From the NCBI GenBank assembly GCA_051294375.1, contig CM119268.1, positions 17,007,947 to 17,071,946 on the forward strand: a DNA stretch of 64,000 bases, written 5' to 3'. Source of the stretch: Paraspadella gotoi (Eukaryota > Animalia > Chaetognatha). Positions within the stretch are counted from its first letter, which is position 1, and each line of letters begins with the position of its first letter. A program made the translations under genes and the position numbers. Below, piece by piece: positions 24,601 through 39,803 of the stretch. The notes beneath the pieces were generated by a model. The model was not told the DNA's origin, did not search any database, and saw only the letters and a program-made list of their open reading frames with translations.

Positions 24601-27484
24601 TCGAGAATGGAGATTGTGGCAGGGCGATGAGATTTTGGAATGGTAAGGAAAATGAAAGAAATGAGATAAGAAAATGGAGACGAAGAAAAAGTGTAAGAAA
24701 GATGAAGCACGGAACTTTGAAAAAAGGAAAGAAATATTCATTCACAACTTTATCTTAAGGAAAAATAAGGAGGAGAAGGGAAGGCTGATAAATAATATCG
24801 CAATAAACTGTTTTCTTTTTAGAATAAAGATCATACAACCAACATCTTAAGCACCTTGGTAATAATCATAAATTCTAAAGCAAATGAAAAAGAGACGAAA
24901 CTGAAATTCACTTTATCAATTTTTTAATTTTTTTTTCTATTTTGGATTCTTTCAATCCGTTTTGCAAAATTCTTCACAAGAAAATATTTTTTGCGCTTCA
25001 TTGTTCATCCGGTTTATATCCTTCCGCCTCTTCCTTCTCCCCTTCTCCCCTTCTCCCCTTCTCCCCTTCACTCTCTCCCTCCCGCTCCTCTTCATGCTTC
25101 TCATATCCCGTCAGCCAATAGAGAGGCGCGGCATCCTCATATATTATTAAATCCCATCAAGTATAGATGATCTTGTGTTCGACCCTCTTTTTCGAAGGAA
25201 GAGCTTCGGTTGCCACCCACCCGACAATCCCACCCGAAAGCCCACCCGACGCCAACTCAGCCCCGTCGGCAACTCCCCATATCGGCGCCACAGCCGCCTC
25301 CTCCATCGGTTCCGCTTTCCTTCAACGCTTTCTTCGTCGCCGCCGCCACTGGTTCCGCTTCTTTGCCGCCGCCGCNNNNNNNNNNNNNNNNNNNNNNNNN
25401 NNNNNNNNNNNNNNNNNNNNNNNNNNNNNNNNNNNNNNNNNNNNNNNNNNNNNNNNNNNNNNNNNNNNNNNNNNNNNNNNNNNNNNNNNNNNNNNNNNNN
25501 NNNNNNNNNNNNNNNNNNNNNNNNNNNNNNNNNNNNNNNNNNNNNNNNNNNNNNNNNNNNNNNNNNNNNNNNNNNNNNNNNNNNNNNNNNNNNNNNNNNN
25601 NNNNNNNNNNNNNNNNNNNNNNNNNNNNNNNNNNNNNNNNNNNNNNNNNNNNNNNNNNNNNNNNNNNNNNNNNNNNNNNNNNNNNNNNNNNNNNNNNNNN
25701 NNNNNNNNNNNNNNNNNNNNNNNNNNNNNNNNNNNNNNNNNNNNNNNNNNNNNNNNNNNNNNNNNNNNNNNNNNNNNNNNNNNNNNNNNNNNNNNNNNNN
25801 NNNNNNNNNNNNNNNNNNNNNNNNNNNNNNNNNNNNNNNTCCCATCCTTTTTTCACAATATTTTTCGAGATGCATCCACTCCATCCATTCCTCAGACACC
25901 CCTTCTACCCATATTCCCTCTGACCCCCGCCTCATTTCTCCCCCACCCCCCCCCGTGGAATCTCGTAGAGATCTGACATTCCCCGCGGAAAGGTCGAAGA
26001 GATATCCCACCTCCAATCGACCGCGGGGCAGGTGAGGAGGGGCCAAATATTGGAAGGGGTGGGGTCGGATAAAGGATAGGGAAGATGGGGGTAAGTTGGG
26101 GGCTGGTAATAATTGGATATGCGTATGAAGGGGTGGAAAAAGAAAGTATTGGAGCTTTTGAAAATACATATTGTGTATAAAATGTATAAAAATATTTGAA
26201 GGCAGAGTGGTTGTTTTTTTATTTTTTAGTTTTTAAAAAGTAGTGCAACTGATGTATTGTAAAACTATTCAAGTAATTAATTCCCATGATGTACTATTTC
26301 TCAAGTCATACTACTTTTCACCTCCTTACCCTCTTTAAAATATCATTTAATACTCTTGGGAGAACGAGGAAGAACTTCTTTTATTTTTCCATAATTCGAT
26401 TTTTCCTCCTGCGCTCCGAGAGAGAGAAAGAGTGAGAGATCGAGACATGGGGAGAGGGAGAGAGGGAGGCAGAGAGATNNNNNNNNNNNNNNNNNNNNNN
26501 NNNNNNNNNNNNNNNNNNNNNNNNNNNNNNNNNNNNNNNNNNNNNNNNNNNNNNNNNNNNNNNNNNNNNNNNNNNNNNNNNNNNNNNNNNNNNNNNNNNN
26601 NNNNNNNNNNNNNNNNNNNNNNNNNNNNNNNNNNNNNNNNNNNNNNNNNNNNNNNNNNNNNNNNNNNNNNNNNNNNNNNNNNNNNNNNNNNNNNNNNNNN
26701 NNNNNNNNNNNNNNNNNNNNNNNNNNNNNNNNNNNNNNNNNNNNNNNNNNNNNNNNNNNNNNNNNNNNNNNNNNNNNNNNNNNNNNTCTCTCTCTCTCTC
26801 TCTCTCTCCGAGATCGGAGAAGGCAACGTTTGAGGGGAGGAGAGGAAAAAGAAGAGAGAGAAGATGCAATGAAAAAGTAGAGGACGGGGGAAAAAGAAAA
26901 AAAAGAAAGGAAGGAAGGAATGAACAAGGATACAATATGAAACAAAGACCTGAATGGAAAGTCTCCTAATTATTTTGGAACCCATAAAATTTTAAAATGG
27001 CGACAAAGCTGAAGGAGTCTCTCTGACGTCCCGACAACCGAGACGATGAGTGGCGAGACTCTTTCCAAATTTTCTCAGGACAAAAAAGTTTAATCCAGTC
27101 TAAAACGTTTAAATTATTGATTATAAATATTAAATACGCATATAATACATTGATAAAAAATAAACCGAGCAAATACACTGAAACTCTACAGCATCTTGAA
27201 AACGAAAAAGAAAATATTGACTCTCAAAGGAAAAGTATTGAACTTTTCTTGTTGTGCGTCGTTGTTAAATACATGAAAAAAGGCGAAGAAAAGAAAAGAA
27301 AAGCAAGTAATATGTAGGAAAAAAAGCATTGGACGACAACGACAACGACGATGGCGACGGCGACGACGACGACATCGACGCCGTTTCTTTCCATATTCGA
27401 ATCTCACGGGAAAAAAGATTTCGGGAATTCCATCTTGGTTTTTACATGTAGCTTCCAAACTTCCGGCCATCCTCCACCACCACT

Positions 27485-27523
<39 letters not shown>

Positions 27524-29227
27524 CTCTCGTCTCTCATCCTCACTCTCTCTTCTTCTCTCTCTCTCTCTCCTCCTTCCTCTCTCTTTTAACTCCTCTCTCT
27601 CCTCCGTCTCTTTCTCTCTCTCTCTCACCGTCCCTCTGCTCTGGGACCGCGCGCGGAGACGCCGTTGACACCGAAGTGTCACCGCGACGACACGGCCATT
27701 GACGCAAAGATGACACGGGCATTGACACGGCAATGACAATGCGACGTTACCGATTTGACACTCCGACGAGCGCGAGAGACGAAGGAGGTTTTCTTCTGTT
27801 TTGATTCCTTTTGTCAAAACAGGTTCTCGATTTCTCGCGCCGGGATCCGGTGCGTCACATTTGGTACGCCGCGTTAGGCTTAGTTTACTGTGCGGCCTTC
27901 GTTTTGGTTTGGTGTGCGGGGGCAGATTTGGTTCAATGTGAGTCATATGAAAGGTTCAAGCTGCAATTGAGACATATTTAGACACAAGAAGCCATAAATA
28001 AGACGAAATACAAACGTTTAACGAAATATTTGCCATCGAATGATATTCGTTCCCACGACTAATTTCGTCATTACGCAAAGGCTGTGAAAAATTCAGTCCG
28101 AAATTTGGTATATCGTGAGCAGTAAACACTGAATAACGTCTCTCGCGGGATCACATCCGTTATATAGTCGCCTTCACTTTTCATTCAAAGTTTTGCCTCC
28201 TTTCCCCGTGCCGCCCGTTATGAAAACCGACCTAGCACCCGGCCCCCGCTGCGGCGCCGCCCAGAACATTCAGCCCGGCCCCGCTGCGGCCCCGCCCGGC
28301 TCCTCCGCCCTTTATATTCACTTTGTCCCACAACAAAGCTCTATTTTCTCCCCATAGAAAATCTGATGGGAGACGACGACGGGCGCGAATTCTCACCCTC
28401 TTGACTTCCCACCTTTCCCGAGAGGGATCCCAAATCTATCGCAAATACTTTTGTCACAAAAGGAATTTTGAAATAGTTTCACCAAATCCATCGGGAGGGG
28501 AAGATCAGGAAATATATCCTCACAACATTTTCAGGTTAATGACATTGACGCTAGCAATTCTTTTCATTTACGAAATGGAAACGCAATCGCATTGTGAGAA
28601 AGGAAAAGTAGGAATAAATGTTTTATCGCAGGGAGTTTTACGCATTTTTTTTATACAACACAAGACTAAAAACATTAACTTGTTTTAAGATTCATGCTTG
28701 CTTTGTAGAATCATGTAGGTTAAGAGTCGGTTTCGATAAAATTTAAATATTTAAACCTTACAGATTTTTTTTTGGGAGGCTAATAGATCCGTTTAAAAAA
28801 ACTAGAAAACTCATCAAACTATATACGTTGAAAATAATGTTAAATAAATAATAATTAATAAAAATGAGATTCTCAGAAGTCGACGACAGCAGAAGAGTTG
28901 ACACCCCGCGATTAGCTAACTTTTTCCTTTTTCCTTTATTGCGGTTTTAGATCCCTTGTTTCCCTGTTTACCTCTCTTTATCGCTAAATCAACGCCGGCT
29001 CCGATCTCTCTCTCCCCTCCTCCCGTCCTCCAGCCCCAGCTCGTTAACCTCCCCAGCCAACGCTGGAGGCTCGCTGTTGGTAATATTTGCTCATCTAACG
29101 GGATGATAGTTAGTGGGACCTATAAATCTGCGGCCGTAGTTGAGGCTTTATCCGCGGAATGGGCCCATCATCGAGAGAGAGGGAGAATGAGCGAGGGGAG
29201 AGAATGAGAGAGAGGGAAGAGAGAGAG

Positions 29228-29280
<53 letters not shown>

Positions 29281-30813
29281 GACAGAGAGAGAGAGAGAAG
29301 AGAAGAGAGCAAAAAGCGATAGGGGGGAAAAAAAAACGCCTAGGTGTAAAAACGAGGCGAGAGAACGGAAAATGGCCTTTTGTTTTTATGGTTTTGCGGA
29401 CGCGGCGGTAGAGGGACGACGAGGCGGCACGTGCTTTGAATCTTTGCGCGTGCGTGCGTGCGTTTGTCGCGAAACCTGTAGTTTTTTTTCCTTTTAGGTT
29501 AGTTTTTTTTTCTCTGTAAGATTCGAATGTCGTTGACCGTGGAATCCTTGTTGCTCACTCTACGTCGTCCTTTCCTTCTTTTGATTTACTTTTCTTCCTC
29601 CCTTTCCTTCCTCCTTCCCCCTCCTGCCCCCCGCTTCCTCCTTTTCCTCGTTCGCGACGAATCCGCTCTCATAAAAACCCTTTGCCAATGAGGTCGTTTT
29701 CAAGCCGCCGCCCGCGCCTCGCCGCCTCGCTATCAATTGTTGATGGTAATTTGCAGTTGTTGACGTCGCCCGTTTTCGCCCGCGAGCCGAGATTCTTTCT
29801 CTCTTGCCCGTCTCTATCTCTGGGAACGGGAAAGGAAATGTCTCCGTCTCTGTCGCGTTCCCCGTTTTCTCAGTCTTCGTCTAAGTTTTTTTTTTCCCTG
29901 AGGCTGAGTCAAGGTTGGATCTTTCTTCAAACTAAGATTCAAACGCCTTCCAACGGTTTTGAATTATCCAATATGTTTGTGTCTTTCGGAATCTGTGTAG
30001 CCTACTTGTGACTAGAAATTATTATTCTTTCAAACTTAATTAAAATTACGCTAAGCTATTAGAAATGAGTTTATTTGATAAAAATAAAATAATCTTGCAA
30101 TCAAAGGTACCAGTAGAATACAATGAAACAATTATCTAAGTTAAAAAAAAAAGATTTCAATAGATCTTTGCGACGTTTCATTCAGGTGAAACAATTATAA
30201 AACAATCACTTTCATTTCGAAAGCAATAGAATCGCGATTCCAAGTGAAAGGTCAGAGACCAAACGAAATTGCGAATGTTCGTCACGACAAGGGGGTAATC
30301 CTGAAATGCCGTCATCAAACACCCTCACAGAACGGAACGGACGAAGATCGGACTTGACGACTCTCTCTCTCTCTCTCTCTCTCTCTCATCTCTCATCTCT
30401 CTTATCTCTCTCTCTTCTCTTCCTATCTCTTCTCTCTCTCTCTCCTCATTTTAATCCCGGATGCGATTCAAAGGCTTGCCGACCTCTATAGGGGAGGGTC
30501 AGGAGTCGATTTCAAAGGAGCGAAGACGAATGGAACGAGATAAATAAATTGCCTCCCAGCCTCTAAACATTATCCTCCTCGTTGCCCCTTTTTTTTTTAT
30601 TTCTTGTTCGGATCTTCGCCGCTTGGGTTTTATATATATATCGCGGCTGTGTGGAGATTTAGCAATAAACACTGCGGGTTTAGGGACCAGAAATAAAAAA
30701 GAGAAGAGAAACCATTTTTTAATTTTGGTTTAAATACCGTAGAGAATGTTCCCTCGCGCTTTTTCGGTTGATTTCCTGTGACGGGTCTCTCTCTCTCTCT
30801 CTCTCTCTGCTCT

Positions 30814-30844
<31 letters not shown>

Positions 30845-31114
30845 TCTCTCTCATCTCTCTCTCCCCCTTTCACTCTCATTTTCTTCTCCATCCGAGGCGA
30901 TTGAGTAACCGGAAATCCCGACTCCGGAGTTAATAGGGATTCGACGCGACTAAGAAAACTTGTGGACTGAAAGGAGGCGTGCGGATAGTAATTACATGGA
31001 GGAGGAATTGCTCAGGGCGGGCCAAATGAGCTCCGCTCCTCTTTTTTGATGGCGACAAATTGGCGACGAGAGGAGAGAGAGACAGAATGGAGAGAGAGGG
31101 AGAGAGGCGAGAGA

Positions 31115-31170
<56 letters not shown>

Positions 31171-34100
31171 GAGAATGCTGGGGTTTGAGATAGTAGGATA
31201 GGAGATTTCTGAGTAAAGAGCTTCTTCTAGTTTTCAGAGATGAGGAACACAAGTGGGGACGAGGGTGTAAGCGAAAGAGTGGAAGTGTGGATAAGGAAGA
31301 AGGATAAGATGGAGGAAGCACGAGGAGGAGGAAGCAGGAGGAAGAGGTGATGCAATGCGGGTCGCCGCGTCCGAATGAGATTAATAATTGCTCCTATCAT
31401 TTGCGTTCGCCCTAGGAAATTTCATTTTCGCTCTTTCCCAGCCGTAAAATATTTTCTTTCGCATTAGAAATTAAGGGTTTTGCTATTGTATTAAAGATCG
31501 CGAGAACAATTATTAAAAGTTTAAGCAGTCAAAGCCAGTAAGATACTCCTTTTGTCTCCAAATCATAATCTTTCCTCGAGATAAAATATAATTTCACAAG
31601 GCAAGATTTCACATTTAAAATTCCGCTTTCACGTTTTGGATGATGGCTACTATATTATTCAAAGCGTGCATTCCGATCGCTTCCTTTTTCCGAATAAATA
31701 ATATCACGATAGGGCGAACTTTATTATATAAAAAAAACAAACAAAAGAAACGTCGCCAGTTTCACCCTTCAAATGAAGCTGACTTCACCGACGCCTTTTT
31801 AGTCCTCACCCAATCCTCATCCCTTCACTTCCACCCACTTTTTCTTCTGTTGCATCATCTCTTCCCCGCCCCTCATTTTACCTTCCTCCCGATCGATTGC
31901 CCATTCTTTCCCTTCCATGCATCTCCCTGTTTCCCGACACTCCTCACTCCCCCCTCACTATCAAACACCCTTGCCTTCATTCCTCGTTCATTTCCCGCCT
32001 CTCACTTCAACCCCTGCTTCCCTGTCCATGCATCGCCCACTCCCGCGCTACACCTTCCAACCCTCCCCCCCGCCCCGGCCCCCGTTCATCCGCGCGGCCA
32101 TAAAAACTTTACAGCCAGGATGAATTTTTCATTCCGCGGGAAGTTTCTTCTCAATTCGCCTTCCAACTTGAAATTCGCGGCCTGCGGGCTCTTTTCTCGC
32201 TTTTTAGTAGCCAGGAACTTGGGAGTCGGTTGGGTTTGGGCGATTGGTAAAAGGGGAAGGTGGTTAAATCAAGGAACCAATTCTGGTTGTATTTCGAACT
32301 TTTATTTAAAAAGAGAAGGAAATGTAGTAGAGAGATGAGGGAGAGAGATTCGGATTAAAACCGCCTCTCCTCTGGGTCCGTCGGTCCAACAGTAAAATTA
32401 GAGAGAGAGAGAGCAGAGAGAGAGAGAGAGAGGAGAGAGACGAGAGAGGAGAGAGGAGAGATGAGAGATAGAGAGAGAGAGAAAGAGGAGACGAGAGAGA
32501 GATCGAGAGAGAGATGGTGATGGAGAGAGATGGATGATGAGAGAGGAGGAAAGAGATGAGAGAGGACGAGGACAAAAAAACCCCTCGTGGCGACAAAATG
32601 GGGGAAATAAATCAGATGCGGGGCGCCATTTTTTGTTGGGAGGGGCGACGGCGTCACGTGACCCTTAGCCCATCGTCACCATGGCAACGGGGAATGAGTC
32701 CCATGAATCCCGGGACCAAGTGCCTGTCAATGGCCCGAATTTTCTCCTCGTCGTTTTCGTCGTCGTCGTCGTCGTTGTCGACGAAAGGGGGCTGTTTCGT
32801 CACTGTCGTAGACTTCACCAACGATATTGGATTTTATGACGGGTCTGTGAATCATCGTTTTCGAATCACCCAGTCATCATCACCGATATCACGACGTCGT
32901 CCTCCTTTTTTTTGATCGTCGTCGTCATCGTCTTCCTTGTCGTCGTCGTCGTCGCCATCGCCGTCGTCGTCGTTCGATTTCAGCCACGACATCGATATAA
33001 CCATTTATGGGACAATTTTGCGTCAGGGCAAAAAAAATGTTGCCACGATTTGCTTAGTTTGATTTTTTAAACTTTATTAGGTTTTTAAAGTACTAAGATT
33101 TTAACTGAGTAACAATACTCTGACTAGTATAGGCACATATCGCATATAGTATTACATTAAAAATTCCTTTTTTTTAAAGTAAGCTGTAAACTCTACCGTG
33201 AAATATCCTTATAAGGAAAAGATGCCGTCGCAGTCGCTGGCACCAACAAATTCCAATCTAATCGTTAGGAGCGGAGAGAAACAAGGACATCGAGAAGAAA
33301 GAAGGGGCGGAAATGTGGGGGGCGGAAGAGAATGGAGGGGGAGAGGGGGAACAGAGCGGGAAACAGGGGTAGAAGGAGCAGGAAAAAGGGGTAAAAGGAG
33401 CAGGAAGAAGGAACGATGGAGCTTGAATATGGGTGAGTAGGAGCGGAAATAGAGGGTGAAAAAAAGTAGGGAAAAAGGGGAGAGGGAGCAGTAAGAAGGG
33501 GAGAGAAAAGGCCGGAGAAGGTGGAGAAAGGCTGGAATGGGAAAGAGGAGAAGGGACTAGGGGCAGTAGGAGCGATCGGCGAGAGGGAGTAGGAGCAGGA
33601 GGGTGTCGCTGGGGCGAAACGAATTGGCTTTTGATGGCGCGAAGGTCAGTCTGCGTCATCGGCTGAAGGAAAAATATCCCAGGGGGAAAAGAAAGGGTTT
33701 GGGCAAGAGGAAAGGAAGGGTGGATTGAGAGAGTATGGACGTAACTGAGTGGGACATGATATGACATGACGAATTTGATACCCTTTCGGAATATATTTAT
33801 ATAAAAAAAGGTAAATGGGTTAACTAGTTTAAGGTGTGTAAATAAATGGTATAAAAGAAAGAGTGGTATGTGAAGGCTAATTTAAACTCAAGGGCTAAAC
33901 TATGTGTGTTGCCAAAAAAAAATGGCAAAACCCGAGGTAAGAGTCGTCTAAGGTTTGTTAATCTGGGGTGGAATTTATGTTCTCTTGAGGGAGAAATAGA
34001 TGGTGGACGATGATGGTCGATGGTGGTCGCACGAAAAGAAAGTGGACGAGACCCTTTTTTTTTCTCTTCCCCCCTTTTTTTTAGGAGAGAAACGCCCTGT

Positions 34101-34270
34101 TTGGCGAAGGCACAATAAATTTTAAGGCCAGAGCCACCGATTCGCGACCCGAGGCCTCTCGCCACTTCCTCGCCTCGCCTCTCCTTTCTCTTTATCTTCT
34201 CCTGCTTCCTCTTCCTCCTCATCCTCCTCTTCTCCCCTCCAACCGCCCCGTCTTAAAAAAAAAGGATGTG

Positions 34271-34350
<80 letters not shown>

Positions 34351-35216
34351 CGGGTTTCCCCGTTGAGCCGGCGAGATTTTTAGGACGCCGGCTTCGCGTC
34401 CCTCCCGCCGGAGGTTAAGGCCATCTGGGCCGGAGGAAGGACTTGGGTGGAGAGAGCAGGGAGAGAGAGAAGGGGAGAAAGGTGAGGTTGTGTGAGAGTT
34501 TGCGTCCTATAAAACTATATATAAACAAACATAGATATCTATATAATAATAAACAAAAAACAACGCAGTTTTTATGCCAGAATCTGAATTGATTACAGGT
34601 TGAAAGGTATAACAGAGAAAAGAGCAGAGTAATTGGTATGGCATAAGGCTCAGCAATCTTNNNNNNNNNNATAGGGCAGAGCAATCGTTAGGGCATGGGG
34701 TAGAGGAATCGTTAGGGCATAGGGCAAAGCAATCGTCAGCGCATAGGACAGAGCGAGCGGAAGGTCGAGCGGGAAGAAGCAATCGGAGATATCGGGAATG
34801 GCGGAGCCGTTATCAGGAAAGGGTGGGGCAATAAGAAGAGGAAGATAAGGAGAAGGAAGAGGAAGAGGAAGGGAGACTTATAGAGATGAGGAAAGGAAGA
34901 CTTGGAGGGAAACGTTGAATAGCAAAAATATACGTAGAAAGGTAAAAATTATTACAAGTTAATATACTATATAAACTATGTAAATCTTGGCTGGGACATC
35001 TGTCAGTTAGTTGCTGTTGAATCGGGACAGGAAGGATAGAGAGTAAAAAAGGTAGGATGTGTGACGCAAAGAAACACGGTTCCATTTTTGTCAATCGTTG
35101 TTCATCGTCGTCGTCGTCGTCGACGTCGTTGTCATCGTTTAAAACGCCGATTATAGGTTAACTTCGTCGTCCAGAGCAAAGAGTTAAAAAGTGTCCATCT
35201 GTCGCGAACCAAATCG

Positions 35217-35262
<46 letters not shown>

Positions 35263-35536
35263 GTTGTAGTGACCCGAGAGCAAAGTTTGTTTAAACAGCG
35301 GGAAGTGGTGGAGGAAATTGAAACTGGTTATCGGACGAGGAAAGAAAGGGGGATAAAATGGAGATCCGAGGAAAGTGGAGAAAAAGGAAAGAAACTGGAA
35401 AAGAAAGGAAAGGAGGAAGAGGGCGGGAGTGTTCGGGCCTCGGAGGATGCAACCATGAAGAACCAAACAGACGAACGACGTTTCATTTTTCTCATCCCTT
35501 CCACTTTTTCTAGAGAAAAAAAAAATGGTAAACTAA

Positions 35537-35626
<90 letters not shown>

Positions 35627-36879
35627 GGAGAGAGAAAGACAAGAGAGAGAAAGAGAGGTAGTNNNNNNNNNNNNNNNNNNNNNNNNNNNNNNNNNNNNNN
35701 NNNNNNNNNNNNNNNNNNNNNNNNNNNNNNNNNNNNNNNNNNNNNNNNNNNNNNNNNNNNNNNNNNNNNNNNNNNNNNNNNNNNNNNNNNNNNNNNNNNN
35801 NNNNNNNNNNNNNNNNNNNNNNNNNNNNNNNNNNNNNNNNNNNNNNNNNNNNNNNNNNNNNNNNNNNNNNNNNNNNNNNNNNNNNNNNNNNNNNNNNNNN
35901 NNNNNNNNNNNNNNNNNNNNNNNNNNNNNNNNNNNNNNNATGTTAGTAGATAAATATCTGTCATTGAGAAAGAAAGGTGGCCATTAATTAATCGAAAAAC
36001 GACATTGAAGAAAGGGATTGAGGAAAGAAGAAAGGAGCGGAAAGAGTGAAGCAAAGTAGAAAGAAAAGGAGGAAAGCGACTTTTAAAATCTCTCTCTTTT
36101 TAGAGAGAGAGAGAGAGAGCATATCGTCCCCGACATTGCATTTTTGCCCCGACAAAGGAATATATAAAAAACTCCCAGATGGCGACGGGAAAGTTATTGG
36201 GTAAACATCCTTTGTTTACAACGTCGTCGTCGTCGTCGTCGTCGTCGTCATCTTCGTCAACGTCCCCCATGGTTAGCGGCGTCGCGTCAAAAGAGACGGC
36301 ATCGTTTTCACTCCACGCTGACGCCAATCGTGACTCGTGAGAGGAGAAAGAAAAAGAAAGGCGACGACTCCATAAACTTAATGAAAGCAAATCGATGGGG
36401 TGAGTTGTTGTTTATGTTGTTGTTCGAGTTGTTGGTTGAATCGCTGATGTTGTCAGTGTTTTTTTTTAAATACTTGTTATGTGGTTTTTGGCTTTTGCTA
36501 TGTTATTCTTTTTTAATCGTTTATCGTGTCCTTGTTCTTTATTTATATGTCAATTAGCCTGTCGTTGGGTTTTTTGTGTTTTTTTGTTTTGTTTTTGTAT
36601 CTAATCAAAGTGAATTAAAAAAACGACGAGGTCCGGTCGTGAAGGAGGCGGCGGCGAAGAGCATTTAGGGCGTCGGCGTGGATGGCGTCGTGGCGTTGCT
36701 CGCTCGTCAGACCCGCGTTGATCGCCCGACGGAACTGTGAATGCCGAACCCGCGTTGCTCCCCCGTCAGAGCCGTCAGTGCCCGACCAGCGTTGCTCGCC
36801 CGACGAAACCGTGAGTGCTCGATTCGCGATTCACATTTTTTTTTATTCAAGACTTTTGCGCCATGCTCTTTATTTTTAT

Positions 36880-37030
36880 TTTATTATTTATATTATTTTT
36901 ATTATTTATATTATTTTGATTATTTTGATTATTTTGATTATTTTGATTATTTTCATTATTTTGATTATTTTCATTATTTTCATTATTTTCATTATTTTCA
37001 TTATTTTCATTATTTTCATTATTTTTTTTT
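36880..37030. repeat. 9-bp tandem repeat (ATTATTTTG/ATTATTTTC)n
   Basis: Directly visible array. Confidence 0.9.
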
Positions 37031-38993
37031 ATGTTTCCTTTTCTTTTTCTTTTTCTTTTTCTTTTTTCTTATTCTTCTGTTATTTTCTTCTCAATGACAT
37101 GGTGACTGCTATGCAGTCTATCAGTATGACGATGAACGAAGACGACGAAATGAGATGTTCACACAATTTCTTCCTGATTCTTTCTCTTTTTCATTTTTAT
37201 CTTTTTTTTTTTCTCTGACTCCTTTCTCTTATACATTACTCTTTTTTTTTTTCCAGACCCCCGAACTTTGAAGAGGTGAGTAGTCGAAGAAAGAAACTAT
37301 GGCGTTGGCAAGAAGGAGAAGAGAGTAGATGTAGAGAGAGGAGGGGATGGCTTAGTGTTGCAAGAAGGCTTGAGAACGAAGAGAGAGATGAGAGACGAAA
37401 GAGACAGTTGGCCAAAGAGCGAGAGCTGAGTCGCAGCAGGTGTTTCTAAGGGGTTACAGCCGTACTTTGTCAAAAGAGAACGAGCATGTTAGAACGGTCG
37501 TTTTCTTGCCTTATGCCTATCTAGTTCTGTTGGCATCGCAGTTACTTAGGTCCTCTCTCGTCACTACTCCAGTCATCTCTCTCTCTCGTCTCTCTCTCTC
37601 TCTCTCCTCTCCTCTCTCTCTTCTCTCCTGCCTCTCTTCTCTCGTCTCTCTCTCTCCTCATCCTCTCCCTCTTTACCTTATTATTTCCGTTGTATTTCAC
37701 TAATCACAGTCCGCTTCTCCCTCCCCGCCCTACAAGACCTCACTCCTCAATTCCTTTCGTCCTTTCAACCGTTTTCTTTCCATTTCGACTTGGCGAACCA
37801 GATCTCTTCAACATTCACCCTTTTTCCCTTCCAAATATTTTGCCCCTCATAGATTTCCCAAATCGGCTCTGGACGCAACCAAATTTCACTCACATTTCCC
37901 CCATCACGTCCGACGCCGCACCCGACTCCAGAACCCGCCACTCGCCGTCCCAGCGGCCGGGTGAACGGGTGGGTTCCCGCAGCACCGAAAAACGGATTTT
38001 CACGATTTTACTCGCCGTCGGACGAAAATCGGGTGACTCAAGAAAAATGTGTCGATTCTCGCTCATCGACTCAATAACAAAGGAGAACAATTTTGTCCCG
38101 CCTTCGCGGATCTCTCGGCGCTCACAGTCTTCTTTCTTTTTTTATTTGTTATTGCGTGTCTGGTTTTAGTTTCATCGCGCCGTGTTTAGGTTTTATAGTT
38201 CTATGAGTATGTTGGATTATATGGGCGTGTAATGTAAATAAAGGAGTGGCACGCTGAATCATAGTGATGGGGATTAAGCCTCATTACTAGAGGAATTCCG
38301 CTTTGTCTTGTTTGTCGTCGTCGTCCGTCCTCGTCGTCTCGTCGTCCGTCGTCGTGCCGTCGTCTATACTTTTCCTCGTCCTCCTTTTCGCAAGCACCAT
38401 CGTCGGTAGGTGAGTGGGCATTGCGATTATCCTAGTTACAGCAATAAGATATGCCCGACAAAAGTCTCAGCCTGCACAAACGGGAACGCAATCCTTTCTC
38501 ATTCATTTACTTTTCTTTTTTCCTCTTTTTTCTTCTTTTTTTTTTTTTTGTTTCTTTTCCCGATTTCGTTTGCCGGATTACTTATGCAACGACCAGAAAA
38601 AAAAGGAAATAAGTTGAAAAACCATTTTTTTTTACACCAAGAATGCGCATCTCTCTCACTCTGCTCCACCTCATCACTCTCTTCTCTCTCTCTCTCCTCT
38701 CTCTCTTCTCTCTCTCTCTTCTCTCTCTCTCTCTTCTCATTCTTTTCAATTTTTCTTTCAATCGCCGATCACCGTCTCCACTTCCTATGAAGTGTGCTTC
38801 TGAATACGTATTCTTTTTCATACCTCCTTTTCTCTCTCTGCATTCTTCTCTACTTTCTCTCTATCCTTCTTCTTCTTTCTTTCTTTTTCGCCCTTTCTTT
38901 TTTCCTTCTTCTTTCTCACGAAGTTTAAGTCGGCGCTCTCGTGAATCTTTCCCTATTTTTACTCGTTTTCTTTTTTCTACTCTCCTCTCTCTC

Positions 38994-39033
<40 letters not shown>

Positions 39034-39328
39034 CTCTCTCTCATCTCTCTCCTCTCTCTTCCTCTCTCTCTTTCTTAATCCGTTAATTTCGTTGACGAAT
39101 ATTCGAGTTTTGGGCTCCATCTGCCGTGGCTATTCACAACAATCGGGAAAAATATTCCGGGGCTAAAACATATTTCTTCGACAGATGACATCCGTCCGCC
39201 GTCTTTTCTTCGTACCGTCGCCGCGCATAAGAAGTTCCAATGTGAGATATCAACAGAGTTAAATTCCATCATTTTTTTCGTACTTTCGCGAGATAAAAGG
39301 AAAACAACAGCAGAAAGAAGAGGAGGAG

Positions 39329-39373
<45 letters not shown>

Positions 39374-39749
39374 CAGAGAGCATCGTGGAATACAATCGAG
39401 GTTGTATATCGAATCGCACGAAATGCAGTCAGATCGTATGCGTACTATCTTCGCCTGGGAAATTTTTTCGTTGAAATAGGGAGAGCGTTTTTCGGAAATG
39501 AGTTGAATGATTCAGTTGCCCGAATCGGATTTCATGTCCAATCCGATCCGCGTTAAGAAAAGTTTAATCTCAACTCATTCTCATTCACTCAAATTTATTC
39601 AAACCTTTGGGTCCCGTGTCATATCCATCTCGAGGTCCCCGTTTTTCTTCCTTGTTTGTCTTTTTTTTTTTATATTCGATGCCTTCTGTTTTTTAAACGA
39701 CACTTATAGGCGATTATGTTTTCTCTTTTCTCTCTCTCTCTCTCTCTCA

Positions 39750-39803
<54 letters not shown>

